The notes under the pieces: model-generated
Databases searched by the model: none
Seen by the model: only the letters and a program-made list of their open reading frames with translations
What the model was told of the DNA's origin: nothing
Program-made: the position numbers and the translations under genes
Shown: positions 37,501 to 49,820 of the stretch, in pieces
Layout: every line of letters starts with the position of its first letter
How positions within the stretch are numbered: position 1 is the stretch's first letter
Assembly (NCBI RefSeq): GCF_002113885.1
Contig: NW_018479907.1
Location: forward strand, 1 to 64,000
Direction: 5' to 3'
DNA length: 64,000 nt
Origin: Mizuhopecten yessoensis
Lineage: Eukaryota

Positions 37501-38425
37501 GGGTATAACAGTACAGGGCGACGTACTAGGTATCAAAGTACATGGCGATGTACTGGGTATATTAGTACAGGGTGACGTCCTGAGTATCACGTATATGTAG
37601 ATATAACATATATCACGGTAGAGGGCGACGTACTGGGAATTGCAATACAGGGTATCGAAGTACAGGGCAACATACTGGTAATCACAGTACAGGGCGACGC
37701 ACTGGGTACCACAGTACAAGGAGACGTACTGAGTATAACAGTATAGGGCGACGTACTAAGTATCACGGTATAGGGCGATGCACTACGTATCAAATTACAG
37801 GGCGACGCACTGGATATCACAGCACAGGGCAACGTACTGAATAAAACAGTATAGGGCGACATACTTAGTATCACGGTATAGGGCGACGCACTACGTGTCA
37901 AATTACAGGGCGACGCACTGGATATCACAGTACAAGGCGAGGTACTTGGTATCACAGTACAGGTCGACGTAATGGGTATCACAGTACATGGCGATGTACT
38001 GGGAAATCACAGTACAGCGTGACGTACTGGGTACCACAGTACAGGGCGACGCACTTGGAATCACAGTGCAGGGCGACCGACTTTGTATCAAGGTACAGGG
38101 ACACCTATTTGTGTATCACAGTTCATGACAACGTTCTCGGTATCACAATTTAGAATGCCGTACTGAGTAATATAGTATAGGGCAAAACTTCGGTAATACA
38201 GTACAGAGCGAGGCACTGGATATTACAGAACTCGTACACAGACTGGATATTGCAGCACAGCGCGACGTATGTAGTATCACACTATGTGATTATGTACTAG
38301 GTTAACAGTACAGAGCTTGGTAACGAGTACAGGACGTCGCACATGGTATCAGAGTACAGAGCGACGCACTTGGTATCACAGTGTAGGGCGTTGTCCTGTG
38401 TATCACAGTCCAGGGCAGCCTACTT
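37450..38425 (+). repeat. 27-bp satellite array
   Basis: Same unit and orientation as 13095-14160. Confidence 0.92.
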
Positions 38426-38494
38426 GGTATGGCATTATAGGAAGAAGTCTAGGTAAAATGTACTGGCTAAGGAGATATGTGTGGTAAATAATTC

Positions 38495-38865
38495 TTATAC
38501 TGACTACGAAGGTCGGCCGTCTGTCTTTACGGTACTTGGGCCTTGTACTGACTAATATATCGTTGGTCTGTCTGTACGGTACATATACCTTGTACTGACT
38601 ATGGAGGTTGAACGTCTGTCTGTCCGGAACATCAATATTGTACATACTTCAGAGTTATTTCGTCTGTCATACACATTGTACTGGCTGCTCAGGTCAGTCG
38701 TCTGTCTGTACGGTACATACACATTGTACTGGCTACTGAGGTCTACCGTCTGTCTGTACGGTACATACACATTGTACTGACTATGGATATCGTTTGTCAG
38801 TCTGTGCGGTATATACATCTTGTACTGACCCCGTCTGTCTTTACGATACATTCACCTTGCACTGA
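38495..38865. repeat. 48-bp satellite array (about 8 units)
   Basis: Same unit as 17548-20636. Confidence 0.9.
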
Positions 38866-41495
38866 CTTTAACAACACTCTCGGAAAACAATTGAATACTG
38901 AAGATAATTGCAGTGCTTGTAAAAAAGGCATTGTTGTGTACGGATAAAAAACTATTGTTTTCCTGTAAAAAGACGACATTAAATTTGTGATCAAACAAAA
39001 TGGCTGACACTCAGGCGAGATGTATTGCAAAATAATTGAGGGAATTTCCACAAAACATCACAAGATGTAAATATCTTTGTTAAAATCCCACGCAATATTT
39101 CGCGTCTTTCTCAAATCCTGTTTTTTTTATAAAGGCTCAAATTATACACTGTTTAGTTAATATCCAAATAAATTATCCCCGGTAGAGTGATTTTGAATAA
39201 AGCATTGATAAGTCATAGGATACCATTATATCAGGACAAGTCTGTAACAAGAGCTAGGTGCGTGTACATTTCATCTTCCCGGCATGAGTATTTGTCCAAC
39301 CGTAACGAGTATAGTCATTACCAAAAGAAAATATCAACTCAACAAAATTTGTTAAGTGTTTTAAACCTAGGGACTATGTACTATCTCTTAAAATATTGAT
39401 AGTATATTCATAAACTAGCAGCAGATATAGTTCCACTAACGTAGAGTAGCCGTAGAAAAGGAACTATTTTCACGCAGCTTTTACACATTTATTGTTTTGA
39501 GACGATGGTGTGACTGAGAGGTAGGGATGCTTGTGTATGGTACACACTAAGTGTACGCTTATGTTGACATTTATATATGTTCAGGGTATTTTGTACCGGT
39601 AGAGTAAAATATACACGGCGGTATGTTTCCATAGGCGGTAAATGGTCAAAGATATGTACGTGTATGTACGTGTAAAACGTTTAACAAGCAAATTGTGTAC
39701 TTTAAAAAATCACAAACTGATAACAATATTATGACTATTAATCTTATACACCACATATCTGACATAATATAGTTTGACTAGATATTATTCCCCCACAAAT
39801 TATGTAATTTTGATATTGTAGATGATATCTAAATCATACTAAAGTAGGGTAACACATTAGATGTTCTATCATCATTTGTCGATCAAACATTTAGCTTTAC
39901 GTCACAATTTCCAATTTTCTTTCTTTCTTAACATAGAACCCTGAAAAAACGCACCAATTAATTAATATAAACTAGCTATTCAAGTGATTTTATCTAGAAG
40001 AAAAAGTTTCACTCGCCTCCATCGGGTCAATACTAAAACTAGTATTGCAGTTTGGTGTACATTATCGATACAATATTAAGCGCTGATGATTAAAGAGGAA
40101 GCAGTAGTTGTAGGTACAAACAAGCAGTGTGGGCAATGGTGTTAATAAATAAAGAGCGAGTTATCAATGCGTTGACAAACCACAATTCGCGAGTCAGGTA
40201 GACAAGCCAAAGGTTAACATGATAGTCAACATGTTACCAACAAGCATTTCCCCAAAAGGCGGAAGTTTATGAAGATGTTGTACATACTGATAGTTTTGCA
40301 AAATAATATAGAACTTCCCCATTCAATTCATTTCCTTTGAGGTAAGTGCGATTAAACATTTTTTGTTTTGCTGAATAGATATGTTCTGCCACACCCTAAA
40401 CACGATCGTATCTACTTCAAAGAATACAACTGTGATGCTAATGACAAGATAATTATCCTTATTTGCTATAACTCACATACTAGTGCTTATTCATTGAACT
40501 GTGCTGATCAACTATACAGCTTACAGTTACAGGTGTTGTATACGGAGAGTGACATAACTTGCTCCTCAAACAATGACCAAGGCCACTGAAAATTATGGAA
40601 GAAAGATTCTAAACACAGGAATTTTGAAATCAAACACTCACACCCTTATCGTGTCTCTTTCTGTAAAAGTCCCTCTGACAAACCATAAAGTAATGTTCAT
40701 GGAGACAAGATGTGCTGATGCTAATGACAATCGAGCTACTAAATCGTACACAAGTAGCTTTGTATCTCCTCACAGTGTCATAATTAACCATTGTACTGGT
40801 TACCGAGTGTACTGTACATAATAGCATGAATACCTTTGAGGAGAAGCCATTTTTCTTGTGGAAAAAATGTCTTTGTATACGGTATAAATATTATGTCGTC
40901 AAAAATACGGCACCGAGTTTGAGTGCCAAAAAAAATGGATGCCGATCAGGCAAAAATATTGGACAATACTCGAGGAAATTTCCACAAAACTACAAGCGGT
41001 ATAATATATCTGTGAGAAATCCATAGCATTTCTGATGTCTTTTAATTATCTTGGTTTTTTATGGAGATTCAAATAATACACTGTTTAATCCTTATCCCAT
41101 TGTAATTATCCTCGGTTGAGTGGTTTGGAATGAAGCTTTGATAACAAACACGACACAGTTAAATAAGGACAACAGTGATCTCGGTTTAACGACGGTGTAT
41201 TGGTCAATTTGATATTATCTCTGAACTCAGATATCTATGTACACATATACAAGCTATTTACTTGCATTCCTATTGCATGTATTGCTACAAACATTAGGCA
41301 ATAACGACTTGGTAATTCAGCTTTATTAATCAGTAGTATTCAAACAGCGCAGTCTAAAATCCGTAACAGGAGAGCGTATGGCGTATACGGTGAACCGATC
41401 AGGCAAAAAACCTTGCCCCGCGTTAAGACAAAGACACAATTAAAACAGCAGAACTACCCTATCATATGTGTCATTGTTTATTTAGAGACGTTTAA

Positions 41496-42969
41496 CGGGG
41501 CATCAGGGTGAAGTAACTTTATTTTTTGCCTTTTTTTCAAATACTACATAAACATATCAAGTGAAACTCCTTATGGAAAATAACGATCGGATTTGGCTGA
41601 AATAGATTCATAAAAATGATTAAATCTAAGAAAATCATCGGTATTTCTACCTGTCTGACCAACGTTATGTTCAGGGATTTCCCTCTATTAGCGCATGCGC
41701 ATAGCACACCATTTCTTTGTAAACAAAATGACTGGCCGTGTGAAGTAAGCGAAAGAAAAGTGTTGTACCGTGTCAGCTACGAAACGAAAAGTTGCCAAAT
41801 GGTCAAAAGATAGCGCAAGGAGTACGTTACGGAATCATTATTGCAGGTGGGCAGTATTCAAAGGAGAAAATAACTGCCGTAGCAGTTAGTACGGTGCATG
41901 TATTCTTCCGGATAGCCGGTTAAGCTGAAATGGAATCGACAGAAATGCTAGCGCTGTTTATGTTATGAATAAATATCTAAAACTATTAAGCTCGCTAGTA
42001 TCTTTGTCTGAGTTTGAACACAGATGAACTTAGTTTAATATGTTAATGGGCATGTATTGGAGAGAGTTTACTTTGTGTTTCTATAATTATACAGTGGTTT
42101 ATGCGAAAGGAAGGGATAAGTGACTGGTTAGTTTGATTTTTCCATGAGGCCCTCCAAGGGATAACTGTTGTGATGGCCCACGGCGTATTTTCTGGGTCAC
42201 CGAGATACGTGTTATCGAAGTCCGTGGATTTACATAATTTATAATATTACCGGGTTCAATAAAATGGTATGATTTAATTATATTGCTGAATTAAACGATT
42301 ATTTTTGTTTTTACATGCAAGATTTAAATTAGTACTAATATGAATACCCGGCCTCCTCTGCCCCGGCAACATATAAAAAAAATCAGAAAGGTTTGTCCCT
42401 TGGTGTAGGGAAGGTGTTTAGCCCCGCACCATCTGTACCGGCCATATTCCGGTACTAAATTCAATACATATTTAAATATATCTACTTTATGTTTATGCCT
42501 ATTATCATTGTTGACATTTAATTGTAAATGTATAACGGGAGAAGGCTGTGATAAATTGTAAAAACTTGTGCCCCATCCCTTGTTTAATTTTATTGGCAAC
42601 ACATTTATGTTTAAAGCTAAATAAATTTAAATTCTGAATATTGGCAAGTGTGCAATTAACTTCTAATGATGAATAATACTGTTCAAAAAACTTGGTTTCT
42701 TAGTGCGGTAAGAAGTTGCAGTTGCATGACGGCCCCTCTCTGGGGGCCCCTTTGGAAACCGTTTCATCTCGCTCGCACCACTTGTGTTTACTGCCTAGTC
42801 AGGTGACGTTATCGGCGCTATTTTTAGCAGGGCTTTCCCGAACAATTCAAGTGGTCAAACTGGACATTTGGAACGGACTATGAATATGGGGATAGCGAGG
42901 TAACATAAGTGGAAGTGCATACAATACATATATTCATTTAAAAAAACCGCCTTTTCACCTGATGTCCCT
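41496..42969. mobile_element. Kolobok-like non-autonomous DNA transposon, second copy
   Basis: TTAA at 41492-41495 and 42970-42973; TIRs CGGGGCATCAGGGTGAA / TTCACCTGATGTCCCT. Collinear with 10991-13036 except for a 723-bp indel. Confidence 0.85.
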
Positions 42970-43539
42970 TTAAAGCATTATCTCTGTATGTTTACTTTTC
43001 TTTAAATTTCAGTTGCAGTTTCTTGACCAATTATCTCCTGCTCCCTATCTCACCAAAAGTAAAGATTCTCTTGAAAATCATGTTGTATTGATAGTCTGTC
43101 GTCGCTGATTTATATATCCTTCTTACGTAGGATAACATTTAGGATGTAATCTAACCACTCGGCGAATCTATAATTGGCACGTTACGATGTTCAACATATT
43201 TCCTTCTTGCACAAACATGTAGACCTGAATGACTAATTAGTTAGCTATACAAGTAATAAAAAAATAACCAAAAGCATCAATCGGGCAAATAATAACATTG
43301 CGGTATGGTGCATACTATTTAATACATGTTAAACGATAACGATTGTATATGACGGTATAGTTGCGAAGAAGCAGTGTTCAGAAAAAAAATAAGTAAGCAT
43401 GATCTACTTTTATTAAAAGTTGTCCAATTATCATTTAAATATTATGTAGCTGTTGCAAGGACGTTAAATAAATGATCTCTACCGTAAGTTGATCTCCGTG
43501 TATTAACTCATGTACTTATGTTGTAACCTTCCAATTAAT

Positions 43540-43790
43540 GTGGTTAACAAATTAGTCAAAAACCTGCAGACAAGCCAAATATACAACGTCATGATGTGGT
43601 ATCCGTAGCTCTGATTTTGACCGAAACCTTATGACCATGAATTTTGACGGACTTTAGTGATTGATGTCAGAACACTTGTTCGAAGTTTCATAATGAACTT
43701 GGTTCAACGCTTTTATCAGAAAGTTACAGACAAGTCAAATCTTAACAGACGGACAGACAGACAGCATGACACCAGCATACTCTCCTTTAC
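43540..43790. mobile_element. Possible Helentron/HINE-type repeat relic
   Basis: TGACC...TGACC.TGAA and AAGTTTCAT motifs followed by the microsatellite ACAGACGGACAGACAGACAG, an arrangement typical of mollusc HINE/pearl-like elements. Confidence 0.45.
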
Positions 43791-44458
43791 AACCTCAGTT
43801 GCTGTATAAATAGATGTTTTAGATAATACAAACGTTGGCGAAACATAGAACAGAACTTCCATGTACATTGATTTGCCTACAAGGTAATTGAGAAGGACAT
43901 GTTTGCCTTGACGATTACTTTTGTATTAAAGTTTTAATTTGCAATACCAACACATCGAATCCCATGGTGTGATTGACCGTTAAATATATGTGTACTAGCA
44001 AGGTAGCGTACTGTTAAAACAATATGAAGAAGGTTATGACAATATCAGTTTTGACGAGATTTTACTGTTACTAAATATTTGTATTGATTAGTTTATTTAA
44101 TTGAAAACATGTCTGTATTTGCTTGCTTTATTTAAACATTTAATTCAATACCGTTAAAGAGCAGACTCTACACCTATTCTGATGATTTTAATAGACCTTT
44201 TTTATTGGATAGATAACTTTGTATTTTGATTGATAATACAACAAAACAGATACAAAAAAATATAACAATTTTTGTATGTGGTATTGCAAAAATGAGTTGT
44301 ATAAAGCGCAGTTCACAGAAACGTTTCTGGTTTGTTTGTCCACTAATTGTACACTTTGTTGACTATTATAAATGTTCGTTTGAAAATTGTTTATTCTAAA
44401 ATAAGGGTAGATAAAACACTAAAATGACCAGTTTTCAAGATGATCACTCCCATACCTT

Positions 44459-46438
44459 TTACACTAACTGAAAGATACGGATATAGTCCCTCTCGTCGTC
44501 TGTAATACTAGTATTAGTTACTACAAATGTGTCACCACAAACAGCTATTGCCCGTGGATATGTTATTCCATCTGATGACGTCAGCAGCTCTCTGACGTGT
44601 GTTCCGTCTCCTGACATCTGTACGATGTTGTTTGATTCCCCACCACACACGTAGATGTTACCCTCTCTGTCCACGTCTATTCCTCTAGCTTCCCTCACGA
44701 CACCGACTTTCGCCACATCCGTACGACGTTTGTCAGCCGAAAGTCTAGATACCGCGACGTCCCCCGGGTTGGTGTTATTGACACTGACAAGTGTGTCTCC
44801 CTTTTTGATATCATGAGTGAGGGACCGACATGTGTTGTTATATCTGTATAACAAGTCGGCTGCTCCGTTCTGTGTCACACTGTATACTTCTCCCTCGCCT
44901 GTACCCACGACCAACCTCCCGTCTGTATGTGTTATACCATAACAGTTTTTACCATTTGACACATTGATCGCAGATGTCAGGGAGAGTTTTGAGGCCTTGA
45001 CTTTCATGAGATGAACACAGCCAGGACTGCTGACGGCAACCGCTATCGTGTTTTTGTTTACCAGACACATATCCAAGGGATTTCCACGAACAATCACCTC
45101 GTTCAGGTACTGTCCTTTGTCTGTAAATAACTTCAGTTTTTTGTTGTAGAAATCACTTACTACTATCTGTGCACTCGGCATACACATAACGCCACGGGCA
45201 TAGCTATTCTGTTTATCTGACGGGGACTTGATGTTAAATTTTCCGATTTCTTTCACACGTCGTTCTGACATGGGGTTTGCTAAATCGATATGGCTCCAAG
45301 GGATGCATCGTGGTTGTTTTCCGACGACGATCTTTCCCATCGCGTTATCACCAATGATATCATGTCCGGGAACAATTTGATGCTCGATGCTGAGGGATGT
45401 AAATGACTTACACAACATAGTGACCAGAGTCCTACACGACTCTACTTCTGACTGCCCTCTCTGATACAACACTATCGTCTCAATGTTGTCGTTTTGCTTT
45501 ACGGCGTTAATGGACGACTTCAGGGTATTTTTCATCCCGTTCATCAGGCGTTCGCACTGCCGTGATGATGCCTCCATGTCTCTTTTCTCTTTTTTGAACA
45601 ATGTAATCATCTCGTCGGTGATGTATTTCTGAAGTTTGTCAAGTCGTTTATCGACCTTTTGACGCAGGCCGGAGATGCTCTGCAGTGCAACTTCCTGGTT
45701 CTGTATCATGGTTTGGAGTTGATCATCAAAGTCCTTCACTCAGGAGTTCAAACGATCATTTCCTTTCTTCAACGCCGCCTGCATGTCTTCTAGTTGCGAT
45801 CCTGCTTTTACCTTATGGCAATATTCCTTCATCTTTGGTACTTTTCCACAACTCCTATGGTCTTCGATCACACATTCGTTGCAGCACAGACGTTGGTGAT
45901 CCTCACAATACCGAACCATTTTCTCGCCGTGTTGATAACACCGAGGGGCAGACGTTTCCCTATTTAGTCGTTTGCTATGGTTTCCGGTGACATCCAGTAT
46001 ATCACATTCAGTGTGTATGATATCATGAAGTTCTAACTTACAAATGTTGCAAAAGTTCTCGTTCATCGTCTTGCACCAATAACTGGCCGGGTTGTTCAGG
46101 TTACCTTTTGTCTGGCAGGGTTTGCAGTACAATGGTTCAGACGAACGTTCCTTAAGCTGGATAAGATCCTGGATCAAACTATTAGTCGGGAATTGCTCTG
46201 CCCATTTAGCCCTTGATTCTGCAAGCTGAACAGGAGAGGTCGTCATCCTACAGATCGGACAAGGGAAGGATGTTGTCGACATCATCTTCCCGGACAGTTC
46301 CTTTGTAATATATGTCCCGAGACAATCCTGACAGAAGGAGTGTAGGCACGGTAAGGACTTTGGCAGTTGAAGTTGCTCAAGGCATATTGGACACTCCAAC
46401 AAGTGTGAGTCCAGTTCTGAACTCACACTTGTAGCCAT
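44459..46438 (-). pseudogene. TRIM copy 5: full-length 659-codon frame interrupted only by one in-frame TGA (45740-45742)
   Basis: The ORFs 45740..46462 and 44459..45739 abut in the same frame. The true ATG is at 46438. The acceptor (46467), donor (47401) and AATAAA are intact. Confidence 0.85.
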
Positions 46439-49400
46439 TGTTAAAGTCAGAAGAGTCAACACAGACCTGAAATAGAAAAGAAAAAAAACTGTGAATATAA
46501 TATAATACCAAGTGATAGACAGCTATCGAGGCCGGTTAGTAAGACATGTATTCTTTAAATGATTACTGCATAGCTAACAGTATAATGTAATCATCATGTG
46601 AGGTCGTTGATGTAATCAAGTAAAGGCTAGTTTTTTTTCTTTACATTAATTCTGACTTTAAACGAATTGTTTAAAGACATAGATGTGTCTTTAATGATAT
46701 AGGGTGCGTAATGGTGAAAGTTTCCTTACTACAAGTAGTACCATAGTTTAAGGCTTGGAATTGTTCGAGTCGTAATTTTGGGAAATAATTTCACTGTTAT
46801 CGTTTATACAACGCGTTTTACTTTTTTATTTTTTATTTTGCCTGGTGAATAGTTATGTTTAAGCGGTATTTTTTTATAATTTATGTCGATCGTCACTGAT
46901 AAGTGTTATTGTGTTATGTCTGTTTATATGCATACCTTTTCCATTCAAGAAATAGTGATACAGTTGTAACATCATTTAAACAGTCATACATGTGTTTTCT
47001 TATACATTATTATGTGAAATAATAATCTCAGATATAAGCATACTACCTAATTGTTTGTGAGTCGAGATGTCGTAGAAGGGGATGCAACTCTTACATTTCC
47101 TTGTGGCAAATGTACCGTAAAAATGAATGCAGCTTTCGTTTGATACCAACGATATATACTTATACGCATTAAACGATGTTTACTCGCAGTTTTTTTTACA
47201 GTTAATCGATTTAGGACAGACAACAGAAAAAAACCTTTTACCGGAGTTTTGGTTTGTATACGTCTGACAAATCCAATGTTACAGTTCACCGTGTACTACA
47301 AGGAAATCACACATACATGGGTCATTATGGTTTGTTTGTATCATTGACATAGCCTGCATAAAATATAAGTGGTTATACCACTCTTTGACCGTTATACTCA
47401 CCAATGGAACTCTTATCTGCACAGCTAGGAAGCACAAACTCCTACATACCATACATCTGTTTATACCTTGAATCCGTATATAACACAGGAAGTATGTCAA
47501 GCATTGTATAAATATCGAATGGTCAAGGTGGTATCACAATTCCGGATACTAGACGATTTTCTATGAGTTGTTATATTATGCTTTACTGGAAAAAAATACA
47601 TACCAGTTTCATAAACAATGTTATATCTTTAATAGTATAGAAACTTTCAGAAACGACCTATACTATTTATAGAACAAATAAAAATATGAAGGCTCCACGA
47701 TGGCTTATTGCCATGCGGCATTGTGTATTTATGACATTCTGATTACTGGAGCATGCGCTGAATTCATACTGGAAATCTAAGCTCATCATGCTTTGTATTT
47801 TTTGCACTGAAATAATCAACACCGTGCAAACAAATAACATTGTACGTATTGTCCAGTAGGTAATAGAGTATAGACTTTGCAAATACAATCAAATGAGAAC
47901 ATTTGAATCTTAATGTTTTAGGGCAAGAATGTGCAAACTGAAGCAGACATTTATATATAAGAGTTCGTGCGAACAACAAAACTTTTGTATTTATTATCGG
48001 TAATTAATAATATGGATTCCTGTCATTTAACTAACACGTGCCGAAGCGGTGAGGAATTGTGCCAGCCTATATCTGAATGTATTTTGTATTTTTTTTGTAA
48101 AACTGAGTTGACCGTACTGTTTTCGAATAGGCAAACATATAGGAAAACTGACAATACTTTGATTATGGCGCCCCTTTAAATCTATATCAACGGAGTCATA
48201 TTTCCAGCTCATTTACCTGATCTTCACACACTTGTCCCCATCTCAGGTGCCGGTACCTTTCAATATTCGTGTTTAAATAGAGAACAGATCATATGTGTTA
48301 TATGTTATATTGCATTCTATGCTTCAGAGAACAACATCACTTATATACGAAGAACTAATTATATTATGTAATAGTCAACTACACAACTATTAACGAGTTA
48401 TCACCTTTGTGAATCTTTCTCTTATAGACATATTGTATGGCCTTATGTCACCGCTATACAATTGCAAAGTCACTCAAAGTGTTATGAATACTCAGAGAGT
48501 ATTGACAACGTGCTGATAATTTTTTAAACTCTACCTCAGAGCGACCAAAGCATATTTGTGACATAAATAGAAAGGTACCTTTGCGTCTATGTCATGTTAT
48601 TATGGTATGTGTAGACAACGTTTTCATTTGGTGATTTAACCAAAAAAAAAGGAAAGGTCATCAAGTGCAGCAGATGTATACGTTCTTTGTGTTTCTGCAT
48701 CAATCCTAATTGGTAAGTTGGTACTTCCTGACATTGTTTTCCAAGTAATATCCGTACACTCTAACAGTGTATATACATGTTAGTGTGGTTTTATATATCA
48801 TCTTTCAATTGTAAGCTCCATTCACCATTTATATAAGTTGTAGTTTTCCAACATAATGTATTTCTGCAAATATCACATTATGAATATAAACTTCAGCATT
48901 ACCAATTAAAATGTTCAATAGGTTTTTTTATCATTTGGAAATGCATAGCAATTTATATGCCTTGTATTGTTGAACAGTTTTACTATTTTGCTATATAAGA
49001 TAATACTGCATTTTATGCAGTTTAAGGCCAAACAAGTGCGAACGTTGTAATGACCTTCGTTTCCGAGATAATATATATTTTTAATATACCTCGACTCAGC
49101 GGCTATCGCCCCGATATGGGTACATGAAGCTCACATATGTGACGTCACAAGTTTAACGCTGCCTTATAGACTGTACTGGGGCTGCGATCGTGAACTTTTT
49201 AGTTATGTATATTATATATCCCGTCATCATTGACTTATGTAGGTAAAGTTTAAAGTGATACATACACTGTACATATAATGACTTTTTTTTACACAATTTA
49301 ATGATGGGATGCGTTCCTTTTGAGAAGGCAAACGATGTGCTGTATGCGAGTGTCCGAACACAAATGCAGATGATATACAAATGATTGTGTGTAGGTACAT

Positions 49401-49479
49401 AATTCGTTAATTTAGTGCTTGTAAATATTATACTTTTCATTATTCATTTGATCTCTAGAAACTATAATGAACCCCTATA

Positions 49480-49820
49480 TTCAACACAAATAATTTAATC
49501 TCGCTTGTAACAAACCTTTTCATTAGCCTAAACAATTATGTTATCAGTCCATACCATAAAAATGATGTCGCCGTGTGTAACGTCGCTTTTGATTGGCTGA
49601 TACAGCGGCGTAATAATTTCTAAGACAAAAGTGTCCATCAATAAAAGTTGATTTCCACAGGGATCGTGTATAGTAGATTAAATTATAAGGATTACAACAA
49701 AAATCCGGAGTGCACTCTCATCATTATTTAGAGTATACTCCGTTTTTTTGTGTTATAGATCCATAACATAAGAAATGTATTGAAGTTATTGCTTAAATAA
49801 ATGGATTAAAAATCGAAAAA
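49480..49820. mobile_element. Insertion of about 340 bp, probable non-autonomous DNA element
   Basis: Absent from the paralogous site at about 3715 (GAACCCCTATA|..AGTCAAATTAATGTAAGCGC). Contains GATTGGCTGA and has TTATTGCTTAAATA near its end. Confidence 0.5.

Noticed and set aside
13054-38851. Many short periodic ORFs (VRYIHLVL..., TSPCTVIPS..., SQYRATYWV...)
   Set aside because: They are translations of satellites whose units are multiples of 3; they are open on both strands and broken at random.
45740-45742. Selenocysteine codon
   Set aside because: Paralogs have Leu rather than Cys at this position and I see no canonical SECIS in the short 3'UTR. The UGA-G context is also not the leaky UGA-C type.
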